Assembly: GCA_964463375.1 (NCBI GenBank) | Contig: CAYXBQ010000005.1 | Span: 32,698-96,697 of the forward strand | Direction of reading: 5' to 3' | DNA length: 64,000 bases | Source: an uncultured Ruminococcus sp. | Lineage (GTDB): Bacteria; Bacillota; Clostridia; Oscillospirales; CAG-272 | Shown: piece by piece, positions 54,499 through 64,000 of the stretch | Layout: each line of letters opens with the position of its first letter | Position numbering within the stretch: position 1 is the first letter of the stretch | Program-made: the position numbers and the translations under genes | The notes under the pieces: generated by a model | The model's database searches: none | What the model was told of the DNA's origin: nothing | The model's input: the letters and a program-made list of their open reading frames with translations, nothing else

Positions 54499-57261
54499 TC
54501 AGTCGTCCTCGCCGTCGTTTTCCAGACCGGCGCCGCAGCACTTTTTGTACTTCTTGCCGCTGCCGCAGGGACAAGGATCGTTCCGACCGACTTTACCCTT
54601 ATTCACAACAGGCTTCTTTGGCTCTGCTTTGGATTCACCACCGGCAAAACCTTCGGACACAGGCTTAGCCACTTCCACACGCTTCAGCTCTGCCTGGGGC
54701 TTGGGGATCACGGACAGCAGCATACGAACGGTATCGTTGCGGATCTCCAGCACCATTTCGTCGAACATATCGGCACCCACCAGACGGTACTCGGAGATGG
54801 GGTTCCGCTGTGCGTAGGCTTGCAGACCGATGGTCTCCATCAGGGAATCCATTGCTTCCAGGTGATCCATCCACTTCTTGTCTACGTTTTGCAGCAGGAT
54901 GATCCGTTCGATCTCCCGCATCTGTTCTTCGCCGAACAGCTCGGTTTCCTTCTTATGATACAGCGTTTCTGCCCGATCCAGCAGGGTCTTTTCGATCTCG
55001 GCACGGATGGCAGCGGGCTCGCCGGTCATGTTTTCAAAATCATCGGGCATGCATAGCAGACCCATATAGTTGTTCTTGAGGCCGGGCAGATCCCATGCGG
55101 ACATATCGTCCTCGTGGAGAGAGCTTGCTACGGCATCCTTGATGGAGGCAGTGATCATGCCACGGATCTTGTCCTTCAGGTCGCCGTTGTCCAGCACCTC
55201 AGAACGCTGGTTGTAGATCACGGTACGCTGCTGGTTCATGACATCGTCGTAGGCCAGCACGTTCTTACGACGGTTGAAGTTCTGGTCTTCCAGCTTCTTC
55301 TGCGCCGATTCGATGGAGCCGGACAGGATCTTGGCATCGATAGCCTGGTCTTCTTCCAGACCCAGCTTATCCACAATGCCTGTGATCCGGTCGGAGCCGA
55401 ACAGACGCATCAGGTCATCCTCAAAGGACAGGAAGAACCGGGATTCGCCGGGGTCACCCTGACGGCCGGAACGACCACGGAGCTGGTTATCGATACGGCG
55501 GGATTCGTGCCGTTCGGTACCGATCACGAACAGACCACCGGCTGCTCTGACCTTTTCGGCTTCCGGGCGGATCTCGTCTTCGTACTGCTTGTACAGTTCC
55601 TTGAAGTGCTTTCTGGCCTCCATGACTTCCTCGGTCACAGACTGGGAAGAACCGGTGGCCAGGGCGATCATGCTTTCCTCGTAGCCTTCCTTACGCATCT
55701 GTGCCTTCGCCAGGTGTTCGGCGTTACCACCCAGCAGGATGTCCGTACCACGACCAGCCATGTTGGTGGAGATGGTCACAGCACCCAGCTTACCGGCCTG
55801 TGCTACGATGTCGGCTTCTTTTTCGTGATACTTGGCGTTCAGCACGGTATGGGGGATGCCGGTTGCCTTCAGCTTCCGAGACAGCTCCTCGGACTTTTCG
55901 ATGGACACGGTACCAACCAGTACGGGCTGGCCCTTTTCGTGACACGCCTCGATCTGCTTGATGATGGCATTGTACTTGCCGTTGCGGGTCTTATATACAG
56001 CATCCGGATGGTCTACACGGATCATGGGACGGTTGGTGGGTACTTCCACAACGTCCAGGTTGTAGATTTCACGGAATTCGTTTTCTTCGGACAGAGCCGT
56101 ACCGGTCATACCGGACAGCTTGGTATACATACGGAAGTAGTTCTGGAAGGTGATGGTGGCGATGGTGCGGTTTTCCTTCTGGATCTTTACGCCTTCCTTG
56201 GCTTCGATGGCCTGGTGCAGACCGTCGGAGAACCGTCTACCGGGCATGATACGACCGGTGAAGGTATCTACGATCAGCACCTCGTTGTCCTTGACCACGT
56301 AGTCGATGTCTCTGGTCATGATACCATAGGCCTTCAGCGCCTGGTAGATATGGTGGGAGATCTCGGCGTTTTCGGGGTCAGAGAGGTTTTGTAGGCCGAA
56401 ATACTTTTCTGCCTTTTCCACACCGGACTTGGTCAGCGTGGTGCTCTTGGCCTTTTCGTCTACGATATAGTCGGCATTTACGTCGTCATGGTCTTCCTTG
56501 CGGTCCAGCTCTTTGATCACGAACTTGGACAGACCTCTTACAAAGCGGTTGGCCATATCGTACAACATATTCACATCGCTACCCTGACCGGAGATGATCA
56601 GCGGGGTTCTGGCTTCGTCGATCAGGATGGAGTCCACCTCGTCCACGATGGCGAAGTTGTGGCCTCTCTGCACCCGCTGGTTGGCGTAGGTCACCATGTT
56701 GTCACGCAGGTAGTCAAAGCCGAATTCGTTGTTGGTACCGTAGGTGATGTCGCAGTTGTAGGCCTTTTGCTTATCCGGCTTCTTCTGATCATGCACCACC
56801 AGACCGGTGGTCAGGCCAAGAAATTCATGTACACGGCCGATCTCTTCGCAGCCCACTCTTGCCAGGTAGTCGTTGACGGTGACCACGTGTACCCCTTTGC
56901 CGGACAGAGCGTTCAGATAGGACGGCAGTGCGGCCACGATGGTCTTCCCTTCACCGGTCTTCATTTCGGTGATACGACCCTGGTGCAGCAGGATACCGCC
57001 CATGAGCTGTACGTCGAAGGGACGCTTGCCCAGCACACGGTCGGCGGCTTCTCTGGCCAGTGCAAAAGCATCCGGCAGAATGTCGTCCAGGGTATCGGTG
57101 CCGGCCAGTCTGGCCTTGAATTTATCGGTCATCTGCGCCATTTCGGCATCGCTCATCCGTTTATATGTGTCCGCAAGGGCATTGATGCGGTTGACCTGCG
57201 GCATGATTTTTTTGATCTGGCGGTCACTATAGGTACCAAAAATATTCGTAATCAGTCCCAT
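54499..57261 (-). CDS. secA: Preprotein translocase ATPase SecA
   Basis: MGLITNIFG start chosen by analogy with other SecA proteins (alternative ATG at 57297). DEAD motor motifs MKTGEGKT and DEVDSILIDEARTPLIISG. C-terminal zinc finger GRNDPCPCGSGKKYKKCCG. Confidence 0.9.
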   Translation of the reverse strand: MGLITNIFGTYSDRQIKKIMPQVNRINALADTYKRMSDAEMAQMTDKFKARLAGTDTLDDILPDAFALAREAADRVLGKRPFDVQLMGGILLHQGRITEMKTGEGKTIVAALPSYLNALSGKGVHVVTVNDYLARVGCEEIGRVHEFLGLTTGLVVHDQKKPDKQKAYNCDITYGTNNEFGFDYLRDNMVTYANQRVQRGHNFAIVDEVDSILIDEARTPLIISGQGSDVNMLYDMANRFVRGLSKFVIKELDRKEDHDDVNADYIVDEKAKSTTLTKSGVEKAEKYFGLQNLSDPENAEISHHIYQALKAYGIMTRDIDYVVKDNEVLIVDTFTGRIMPGRRFSDGLHQAIEAKEGVKIQKENRTIATITFQNYFRMYTKLSGMTGTALSEENEFREIYNLDVVEVPTNRPMIRVDHPDAVYKTRNGKYNAIIKQIEACHEKGQPVLVGTVSIEKSEELSRKLKATGIPHTVLNAKYHEKEADIVAQAGKLGAVTISTNMAGRGTDILLGGNAEHLAKAQMRKEGYEESMIALATGSSQSVTEEVMEARKHFKELYKQYEDEIRPEAEKVRAAGGLFVIGTERHESRRIDNQLRGRSGRQGDPGESRFFLSFEDDLMRLFGSDRITGIVDKLGLEEDQAIDAKILSGSIESAQKKLEDQNFNRRKNVLAYDDVMNQQRTVIYNQRSEVLDNGDLKDKIRGMITASIKDAVASSLHEDDMSAWDLPGLKNNYMGLLCMPDDFENMTGEPAAIRAEIEKTLLDRAETLYHKKETELFGEEQMREIERIILLQNVDKKWMDHLEAMDSLMETIGLQAYAQRNPISEYRLVGADMFDEMVLEIRNDTVRMLLSVIPKPQAELKRVEVAKPVSEGFAGGESKAEPKKPVVNKGKVGRNDPCPCGSGKKYKKCCGAGLENDGEDD

Positions 57262-57435
57262 TACACTGTTTTGCACCGGTGTGGTTTTCCGGCGCATTCT
57301 CCTCTGTTGTTTTTATATTGTATGGCTCTTTGGTTTGCTTACACGTTATCCTTAGTATTATACTACTTTTTTGTGGATATTGGTAGTTGTAATTGTAAAT
57401 TTATTGCATACGAGCAACTTTTTTTCGCAAAAAAC

Positions 57436-57464
57436 TTGCCAAACGGCATCGCTTGCGTTATAAT
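57436..57464 (+). promoter_or_regulatory. Sigma-A type promoter of trmL
   Basis: TTGCCA, 17-nt spacer, TATAAT. Confidence 0.5.
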
Positions 57465-57498
57465 ATCCTTCGATATGGATCGAAAGGAAGTGTTATTT

Positions 57499-57996
57499 TT
57501 GTCTGCACTGCTCAATATTGTACTCCATCAGCCGGAGATCCCACAGAATACCGGCAACATTGCCAGGACTTGCGCCGCTACAGGAGCATCTCTGCACATC
57601 ATCAAGCCCATGGGGTTCACCATCGATGATCGCAAGCTCAAGCGGGCGGGGCTGGATTACTGGCATCTGCTGGACATCACCTACTATGAGGACCTCGACG
57701 ATTTCTATGCACGGAATCCGGAGGCGGCTGTGTATTACTTCACCACCAAGGCACCCCGTGCGTACACCGAAGTGGCGTACCCGCTGCCGACGTATATCAT
57801 GTTCGGTAAAGAAACGGCAGGGCTACCGGAGGATCTATTGCAGGCCCATTTGGATCACTGCGTGCGCATCCCCATGCGGGAATCCCTGCGGAGCCTGAAT
57901 CTGTCAAACTCTGTTGCCATTGCGGTATATGAGGTACTGCGGCAGCACGATTTTCCTATGCAGCAGCTGGGATCGGATCACCTGACGGGAAAATGA
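57499..57996 (+). CDS. trmL: tRNA (cytidine/uridine-34 2'-O)-methyltransferase TrmL (SpoU family)
   Basis: LNIVLHQPEIPQNTGNIARTCAATGASLHII, SLNLSNSVAIAVYE. TTG at 57499 lies 9 nt after aaaggaag (alternative ATG at 57475). The track ORF 56488-57996 is a chimera with the secA antisense frame. Confidence 0.8.
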   Translation: MSALLNIVLHQPEIPQNTGNIARTCAATGASLHIIKPMGFTIDDRKLKRAGLDYWHLLDITYYEDLDDFYARNPEAAVYYFTTKAPRAYTEVAYPLPTYIMFGKETAGLPEDLLQAHLDHCVRIPMRESLRSLNLSNSVAIAVYEVLRQHDFPMQQLGSDHLTGK

Positions 57997-59574
57997 TCAC
58001 AGCATCGGTGCGATGATATCTAAGATACACCGATACAGCCGACGTAGGAAGGGGACCTTGCAGTCTTCCAAATGGATCTCTCGGCTGGCGGCCAGCATAT
58101 GCTGACAGTCGGTCTTGATATCCTGGATCACGGGAGTTTTGTACATCCACACGCCGCACTCGAAATGGAGGAACAGGCTGCGGAAATCCAAATTCACACT
58201 ACCCACGGTGGCGTACAGGTCGTCGCAGACAAAGGTCTTGGCGTGTACAAAGCCGGGGGTATATTCATATACACGCACGCCGTTTTCCAGCAGGTATTTG
58301 TAGTAGGATTTGGTGGTCTCGTTGATGGTCTTTTTGTCCGGGATCCCCGGTGTGATGATCCGCACGTCTACGCCGCTTTTGGCCGCACAGCACAGAGCCT
58401 GCTTCATCTGTTCATCGATGATCAGGTACGGTGTGGTGATCCAGACATACCGGGTGGCCTGGTACAGCATATGCAGGTAGATATTCTCTCCCACCGGCTC
58501 ATTGTCCAACGGATTGTCGGTATAGGGCTGTACGATGCCATGCCCTGGGGGGATCTGACGAGTGGCCGGGCGGTATTTTTCGTAATGATTTTCTTCCGGT
58601 CTGGCAGGTGGCTTATCCAGGTAATCCCACATAGTCAGGAACATGAGGGTAAAGCTCCAGGCTGCCTCGCCGCGCACCAGTACAGCATTGTCCTTCCAGT
58701 AGCCGTGGGGGTGTGTCTCGTTGATGTATTCGTCGGCGATATTGACCCCGCCGGTGAAGGCTGTATATCCATCGATCACGCAGATCTTGCGGTGGTCCCG
58801 GTTGTTTTGGCGGGCATCCAGCACAGGCACAAAGGGATGGAACACATGGCATTGGATCCCGCATTCCTGTAGCTCCTTCGGATACTGGCGACTTAAGCGG
58901 GTGATGCTGCCGAAATCGTCGTAGATCACACGGACATCCACACCGGCTGCTGCCTTTTGCACGAGCACACTGCGGATCGCTTCCCACATTTTGCCGTGAC
59001 CGATGATGAAATATTCTAAGAAGATATAATGCTCTGCTTTTTCCAGCTCCGGGATCAGCGCTTCTAAAAACGCTTCGCCGGTGGGATAATAGGTGCTTTC
59101 CGTATGTCGGTACGGCGGACACATGCTCATGCGATCCATGTACGCAGCCTGTCTTCCGGCGTCCGGATTTTCGGCATACAATTCCCGCAGCACATCCGAC
59201 TGATCCTCTTTCTGGGATTCGGTGATGGAGGTGATGCGGCTCATGGTCTGCTTGACTTTTTTCGACAGTGTATTGGCACTGAAAATGTAATACATGCCCA
59301 CGCCAACCGGCTGAAACAGGAATACGACCACGATCCATGCGATCTTATAGCCGGGATTGAAGTCGGTGCTGATCACGTGGCAGGCACCCAAAAAGGAGAT
59401 CACAGAGGAGATGGAGACCAGGATGTAGTAATGTTCCGTAAACCGCAGGATCCAGACCGCAATGAGCACGATCTGCAGTAGGATGAGGATCCCCACCAGC
59501 ACGACACGGCTGAACAGCAGCTTTATCAGCGGACGAAGGATATTGCGGCTTTTTCGTTTTTTGTCTTTTGGCAT
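57997..59574 (-). CDS. cls: Cardiolipin synthase
   Basis: Two N-terminal TM helices and two HKD motifs (HRKICVIDG, VHAKTFVCDD). The ATG at 59574 follows aaaagga. Confidence 0.85.
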   Translation of the reverse strand: MPKDKKRKSRNILRPLIKLLFSRVVLVGILILLQIVLIAVWILRFTEHYYILVSISSVISFLGACHVISTDFNPGYKIAWIVVVFLFQPVGVGMYYIFSANTLSKKVKQTMSRITSITESQKEDQSDVLRELYAENPDAGRQAAYMDRMSMCPPYRHTESTYYPTGEAFLEALIPELEKAEHYIFLEYFIIGHGKMWEAIRSVLVQKAAAGVDVRVIYDDFGSITRLSRQYPKELQECGIQCHVFHPFVPVLDARQNNRDHRKICVIDGYTAFTGGVNIADEYINETHPHGYWKDNAVLVRGEAAWSFTLMFLTMWDYLDKPPARPEENHYEKYRPATRQIPPGHGIVQPYTDNPLDNEPVGENIYLHMLYQATRYVWITTPYLIIDEQMKQALCCAAKSGVDVRIITPGIPDKKTINETTKSYYKYLLENGVRVYEYTPGFVHAKTFVCDDLYATVGSVNLDFRSLFLHFECGVWMYKTPVIQDIKTDCQHMLAASREIHLEDCKVPFLRRLYRCILDIIAPML

Positions 59575-59757
59575 ATTTTCTATTCTGATCCTTTTCTCGG
59601 AGAAACACAAAGAGACAAGAAAAAACGCCCCCATTGTGCTAACCTATATCATACACGATTCTGCGGAAAAAGTCAAGTCAATTTCCTCTTGTTTTTTGCA
59701 AAGTTTTGTGCTATACTACCATTGGTACCCTATTTTACCATCATGGAGGACATAAAC

Positions 59758-60375
59758 ATGAAAATTTTGTTTCAGGGTGACAGCATCACCGACGCAGGCC
59801 GGGACAGAAGTGATCCCACCAATTTGGGCAACGGTTATCCCAAATATGCCGCTGCGCTGATCGCCGCCAGACATCCCAATGTGGACTTCACCTTCTACGA
59901 TCTGGGCATCAGCGGGGACAGAGCCGAGTGTCTCCGGGATCGTTGGCAACAGGACTGTATTGCATATGATCCGGATCTGGTTTCCATTCTCATTGGTGTC
60001 AACGATACCTGGCACAGAGCGGCGGACGAAAACTGGATGCCCCACGAATATTTTGAAGAGTGTTACCGGTACTGCCTGGAGGAGATCAAGCAGAAGACGC
60101 ATGCCAAGATCCTGATCCTGGAGCAATTCATCGTACCCACCGGTGCGTTGGCCAATGGACGTGCCGATCTGGATGCCAAGATCCAGGTGACCAGAAAGCT
60201 GGCAAGAGAATATGCCGATGCCTTTATTCCGCTGGATGGGCTCCTTGCACAGGCAAGCATGCACGTGGATCCAACGCTGTGGGCTGCGGATGGCGTACAT
60301 CCTACGGCGGCCGGTGCCCAGTTCATTGGGGATCTGTATGCCGATGCGGTGGACAAGCTGTTCCCGCTGCTGTGA
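59758..60375 (+). CDS. SGNH/GDSL hydrolase
   Basis: MKILFQGDSITDAGR, GISGD, IGVNDTW, ADGVHPT. SD ggagga. Confidence 0.8.
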   Translation: MKILFQGDSITDAGRDRSDPTNLGNGYPKYAAALIAARHPNVDFTFYDLGISGDRAECLRDRWQQDCIAYDPDLVSILIGVNDTWHRAADENWMPHEYFEECYRYCLEEIKQKTHAKILILEQFIVPTGALANGRADLDAKIQVTRKLAREYADAFIPLDGLLAQASMHVDPTLWAADGVHPTAAGAQFIGDLYADAVDKLFPLL

Positions 60376-60400
60376 TGCAGAGTTTTGAGGAGATATGACT

Positions 60401-61126
60401 ATGCAGAATATCTATGTTGAGGGACACCGGGGCTATTGTGCGCTGTATCCGGAGAATACCCTGCTTTCCTATGAAAAGGCCATTGAGCTGGGTGTGGATG
60501 CCATCGAATTTGATGTATGGCTGTCCAGCGACAAGCAGCCGGTGTTGATGCACGATGGAGACACGGGGCGTACCTGTGGGGTTCCGGGGCATTTGCGGGA
60601 TCGGACGCTTGCTGAAATCAAGAAGCTGGATCCCTGCTTCCGGGCGAAATTTGGGGAGCAGTTTGCCGGGCAGGTGGAGGTGCCTACGCTGTATGAGCTG
60701 CTTACCCTGGTGAAGGAGAAGAAGCCCTCTCTGAAGCTGGGAGTGGAGATCAAGGAATATACAGAGGAAACGGTGGACATCACCATCGCTGCTCTGGAAA
60801 AGTACGGCTTTGACATTCGCACGGACTGCTGGTTCTATGCATTCAACGGACGGATAATTCGGTATCTGAAGGAAAAATACGGTGCCCGCACCATGGGGTA
60901 TCCGGACATCCAGATGCAGGAGTTCTGCGGCTACGAATGGTATGACGAGATCGGGCTATCCATGATGTTCGTACACTCGGAGCTTTGTGCGTTCTATCGA
61001 GCCAAGGGGCTGCCGATGCATATGTACTGCGCCGATTCGGAAGCGGATGTACGGCTTTGCATCGAGCAGGGTGCTTCGCTGATCACAGCCAATGATCCTC
61101 GTGCGCTGCTAGGGATCGTGCGGTAA
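60401..61126 (+). CDS. Glycerophosphodiester phosphodiesterase family protein
   Basis: GHRGYCALYPENTLLSYEKAIELGVDAIEFDVWLSSDKQPVLMHD. The ATG at 60401 has better SD spacing than the one at 60395. Confidence 0.8.
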   Translation: MQNIYVEGHRGYCALYPENTLLSYEKAIELGVDAIEFDVWLSSDKQPVLMHDGDTGRTCGVPGHLRDRTLAEIKKLDPCFRAKFGEQFAGQVEVPTLYELLTLVKEKKPSLKLGVEIKEYTEETVDITIAALEKYGFDIRTDCWFYAFNGRIIRYLKEKYGARTMGYPDIQMQEFCGYEWYDEIGLSMMFVHSELCAFYRAKGLPMHMYCADSEADVRLCIEQGASLITANDPRALLGIVR

Positions 61127-61177
61127 TTTGCCAAAGGAAAAGACGACACGCTTTTGTGCCGTCTTTTTGCTTGCGAT

Positions 61178-61804
61178 TCAAATGAACTGTCCGGGGCAGT
61201 TTTGCTTTTCTTTGGCGGGAAATGTGCCGTCGAATGCTTCTGCGGCTGCTTCGTCCACAAGGTAGCAGTCCGGCGGGGTATAGGTGCCGGTGATGCCTTT
61301 TAGATAACCATCCTCCAATTCCTTACACAGGAAGAAGGAAGCATCTGCGTCCTCTGGCAGGTCGTGGTAGCGGAGGCCGAAGGTGCTGGCATATGTGAAG
61401 CCGCTTTTGCCATAGAAGTCGATATTCCCTTCAAAGCACAGGGCTTTTATGCCATATGCCTTTGCCTGTTCTACGGTATAGTCCAGCAAGAGCTTGCCGT
61501 AGCCCTGGCGTTTGTAGGCGGGGGCTATGCAGAGCGGACCCATCGCTGCAATGGGGATCTCTCTGCCGTCGTCGGCTTGTATAGCGGCGTGGACGAACAC
61601 GTTTTGACCGATGATCGTACCATCCTTTTCCAGAACAAAGTTCAATTCCGGGATGAAGGCATGGTGACCACGCATTTCGTGCAATACATAGTGCTCCAGG
61701 CAACCGGGGCGATACACATTCCAGAATGCTTCTCGGACGAGGTTTTCTACTGTGCGCTGTTCTTCTTTGCGTTCCAAACGGATGCTATAGTCATTTGTAT
61801 GCAT
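61178..61804 (-). CDS. GNAT-family N-acetyltransferase
   Basis: Acetyl-CoA pocket PLCIAPAYKRQGYGKLLLDY. 208 aa. SD caggagga. Confidence 0.8.
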   Translation of the reverse strand: MHTNDYSIRLERKEEQRTVENLVREAFWNVYRPGCLEHYVLHEMRGHHAFIPELNFVLEKDGTIIGQNVFVHAAIQADDGREIPIAAMGPLCIAPAYKRQGYGKLLLDYTVEQAKAYGIKALCFEGNIDFYGKSGFTYASTFGLRYHDLPEDADASFFLCKELEDGYLKGITGTYTPPDCYLVDEAAAEAFDGTFPAKEKQNCPGQFI

Positions 61805-62015
61805 TGTTTTTCCTCCTGCAAATTGTTGACAACAATATAGTGTTTGCGGTATTCTTACACTATGGGAGGTCTGCGTGGGGATCGTATACGCCGGCCTCCC
61901 GGTCAGTCAATGACCATGGGGCTGCACACAATCTCCACAGATCGGATCGATTTTTTCAAAAAGTGCTCTCCTCAAAAATGATGTTGTACAATGCTCGTTC
62001 TGCATCGTCCATTTT

Positions 62016-62043
62016 ATTATACTCGTTTTTCGCCTTTTGTCAA
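62016..62043 (-). promoter_or_regulatory. Near-consensus sigma-A promoter about 200 nt upstream of the GNAT gene
   Basis: The minus strand reads TTGACA (62043-38), 16-nt spacer, TATAAT (62021-16). Confidence 0.5.
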
Positions 62044-62085
62044 TGCATTCGAGGAGCAATTCACATTTTATTTACGTTTCACATG

Positions 62086-62121
62086 CAAAAACAGACGTTG
62101 ATCGCTCTCCGTCTGTCTTTT
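62086..62121 (-). terminator. spoIVA terminator
   Basis: The minus strand reads aaaagacagacg gagagcgatcaa cgtctgttttt. Confidence 0.65.
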
Positions 62122-62127
62122 GCTTTG

Positions 62128-63663
62128 CTATAGAATGATGCACACCAGACCACTGGCACCTTCGTTGAGGATACGGGACAGGGTCTCGCCGAATTTTCCT
62201 CTGGCATCCTCCGGCATATGGCTCATTTTTTCCTGAAGGCTGTCTTCCACCAGATCGTATAAGCTGCGACCCAACATATTGGTGTCCCAAATGCCGTCCG
62301 GATTTTCGGTGAATTCTTTGCTCAAATACCGCACCAGCTCCTCCGACTGCTGCTCTGTGCCTACCATGGGATGGACTTCGGCGGATATATTGGTCTTGAT
62401 CAGGTGAATGGATGGGGCTGTGGCACGCAGGCGTACACCAAAGCCACCGGCTTCTTTGACGATCTCCGGTTCTTCCAACAGCAGATCATGGACCTCCGGC
62501 ATGACCACACCGTAGCCCTTGGTGTTCACGTCCCGAATGGCGTTGGAGAATTTATCGTATTCCTTTTTGGTCTCGGCAAGGGTACACAGGGCGGTCAGTA
62601 GTTCTGTTTCGCTGTCGATGGAGATGCCGGTGCGCTGGGACAACAGATGGTAGTACAGGGTCTCCGGCAGGTCGAGATGCATGTGTACACTGCCCTCTCC
62701 GGCGTGGATCTGGTCGATGACGGCGGTTGTATCGCTGTTTTCGCCGATATAGGGGAGAATGCTTTTGGTCACAGATTCTTGCAGTTCCTGACAAAAGGCA
62801 GCATTCATCCCTTGCAGCTTTTGGATATGGGCGGCTGTCGTGACTATACTTTGGATGATCCCCTCTTGCAGGGCTGTTTCTTCTCGGAATACACCCATCC
62901 AGGTGGGCAGCTGTACGGTGATCTCCCGCATGGGGAATTCCAGCAGCACCATTTCCAAGATGTGGGCGATGTCCTCCGGCGACAGCTCTAAGCAGTTCAC
63001 CAATGCTACGGGAACACCGTATTTTTCCTCCAGATGCAGGGCAAGCTGGATGGATTCTTCCCTATCCGGCGTGGCTGAGTTGCAGATGATGGCAAAGGGC
63101 TTGCCGATTTCGGTCAGTTCTTTGGCGATGCGTTCTTCGGCACCGATGTAGTTATCCCGTGGAATATCGCCGATGGTGCCGTCGGAGGTGACCAGCATAC
63201 CGATGGTGGCGTGTTCGGTGATGACCTTGTGGGTCCCCATTTCGGCGGCTTCCGCAAAGGGGATGGGCTCCGGTGACCAGGGTGTATGCACCATGCGGGT
63301 CTGGCCGTTTTCGTCTGTTCCCAGCACCTCCGGGATCAGGTAGCCCACGCAGTCGATCATTTTCACCCGGCAGGTGGTGGGGCTATCGCCTTCACCGGTG
63401 CGGATCTCCACCGCTTCGTCCGGTACGAATTTGGGTTCCGTGGTCATAACGGTGCGCCCGCCGGCACTTTGCGGGATTTCGTCTCGGGCTCTGTTGCGGT
63501 CGTATTCCCCCGGTATGGCCGGGATCACCACGGATTCCATGAACCGGCGGATGAAAGTGGATTTGCCGCTGCGCACGGGGCCTACCACGCCGATGTAGAT
63601 CTCGCCACCTGTACGCTCTGCTATGTTTTTATAAAGATCCTGACTGGCTGTGATACTGGACAT
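62128..63663 (-). CDS. spoIVA: Stage IV sporulation protein A (spore coat morphogenetic ATPase)
   Basis: ATG at 63663 after gggagg. DLYKNIAERTGGEIYIGVVGPVRSGKSTFIRRFME is the SpoIVA Walker A region. 511 aa. Confidence 0.9.
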   Translation of the reverse strand: MSSITASQDLYKNIAERTGGEIYIGVVGPVRSGKSTFIRRFMESVVIPAIPGEYDRNRARDEIPQSAGGRTVMTTEPKFVPDEAVEIRTGEGDSPTTCRVKMIDCVGYLIPEVLGTDENGQTRMVHTPWSPEPIPFAEAAEMGTHKVITEHATIGMLVTSDGTIGDIPRDNYIGAEERIAKELTEIGKPFAIICNSATPDREESIQLALHLEEKYGVPVALVNCLELSPEDIAHILEMVLLEFPMREITVQLPTWMGVFREETALQEGIIQSIVTTAAHIQKLQGMNAAFCQELQESVTKSILPYIGENSDTTAVIDQIHAGEGSVHMHLDLPETLYYHLLSQRTGISIDSETELLTALCTLAETKKEYDKFSNAIRDVNTKGYGVVMPEVHDLLLEEPEIVKEAGGFGVRLRATAPSIHLIKTNISAEVHPMVGTEQQSEELVRYLSKEFTENPDGIWDTNMLGRSLYDLVEDSLQEKMSHMPEDARGKFGETLSRILNEGASGLVCIIL

Positions 63664-63910
63664 AAAAAACCTCCCGTCTTTTCGTCTGCTCCAATATATG
63701 CGTGTCCCGGCCTGTTTAGACGTGAGGAAATCCATGGAGCGACCGCTATATTTTGTAACATTTGTGTGCTATAATGGAGAAAACAAAAAATGGAGCATCC
63801 ATCGATTTGACCTCGATTTTACAATAGGTCGGTTTTCGACTTTACATCCCCTTTGTATACTAAAAGCGTACACAAAATCACAAATGCAATATGCAAAGGA
63901 GAATAGCAAA

Positions 63911-64000
63911 ATGAAAAAATTCGTTTCGATTCTGGCTGCCGCTTGGTTACTGGCGGGCTGCTTTACCGGATGTGCCGGCAATGGTAATACGGTGTCCACC
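63911..64000 (+). CDS. Lipoprotein, N-terminal fragment (continues beyond the window)
   Basis: MKKFVSILAAAWLLAGCFTGCAGNGNTVST. SD aaaggaga. Confidence 0.6.
   Translation, partial: MKKFVSILAAAWLLAGCFTGCAGNGNTVST

Noticed and set aside
56488-57996. A 502-aa plus-strand ORF.
   Set aside because: It is a chimera. The first ~335 codons are the antisense shadow of secA plus read-through of the intergenic region. Only the last ~165 codons (TrmL) have a promoter, an SD and family motifs.
63664-63800. A sigma-E promoter for spoIVA.
   Set aside because: Only a weak -10-like CATATATT is present on the minus strand, with no convincing -35. It cannot be supported without a position-weight-matrix scan.
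1-64000. tRNA, rRNA, tmRNA, SRP RNA, riboswitches, CRISPR arrays, IS elements and prophage.
   Set aside because: None was recognised in any intergenic region on either strand. Absence is by visual inspection only, so tRNAscan, Infernal and ISfinder scans would be needed to be definitive.

Overview
This 64-kb chromosomal window appears to come from a moderately GC-rich, spore-forming Firmicute of class Clostridia. The taxonomic guess is inference: the window encodes SpoIVA, an alpha/beta SASP, a SpoVK-like AAA+ protein and SLH-anchored surface proteins, and the gene content looks like Oscillospiraceae/Ruminococcaceae. I saw no rRNA, tRNA, CRISPR array, transposase or phage structural genes.

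Content falls into four groups:
1. Housekeeping genes: aconitase-isocitrate dehydrogenase operon, secA, trmL, cls, ilvE, an XerC/D-like recombinase, an MscS channel and the ACT/UPF0210 pair.
2. A dense, mostly signal-peptide-less glycan-processing repertoire: GH95 and GH29 fucosidases, FucU, GH78, two tandem GH28-like proteins, a GH43_24-like protein, GH42, a beta-helix protein, five xylose-isomerase-like TIM barrels, a Gfo/Idh/MocA-like protein, a PmoA-like DUF6807 protein, two SGNH esterases, an aldo-keto reductase, an AraC regulator and two solute-binding lipoproteins without adjacent permeases.
3. Surface and envelope proteins: a transglutaminase-SLH protein, an MBL-fold lipoprotein with a lamin-tail domain, a cadherin-like SLH protein, a BspA-type LRR protein and a lipid-anchored trigger-factor paralogue.
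4. A few accessory oddities.

The candidates most worth a second look are:
- an orphan protein that appears to fuse a DUF4391-like N-terminus to a DUF3427-like winged-helix C-terminus (27.6-28.6 kb). Both modules normally accompany helicase/methylase restriction-like systems, yet this gene sits alone among sugar genes.
- an AT-richer 1.3-kb islet (39.8-41.1 kb) with two diverged tandem copies of a cassette: consensus promoter, conserved leader, ribbon-helix-helix gene, terminator and small ORF. One copy carries a 62-aa two-TM peptide.
- a tightly coupled fucU / AAA+ (SpoVK/CbbX-like) / GH43 / TIM-barrel / AKR operon.
- a DUF6807 / TIM-barrel / SGNH operon.

All family assignments come from motif recognition by eye. 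No HMM, BLAST or folding computation was run.
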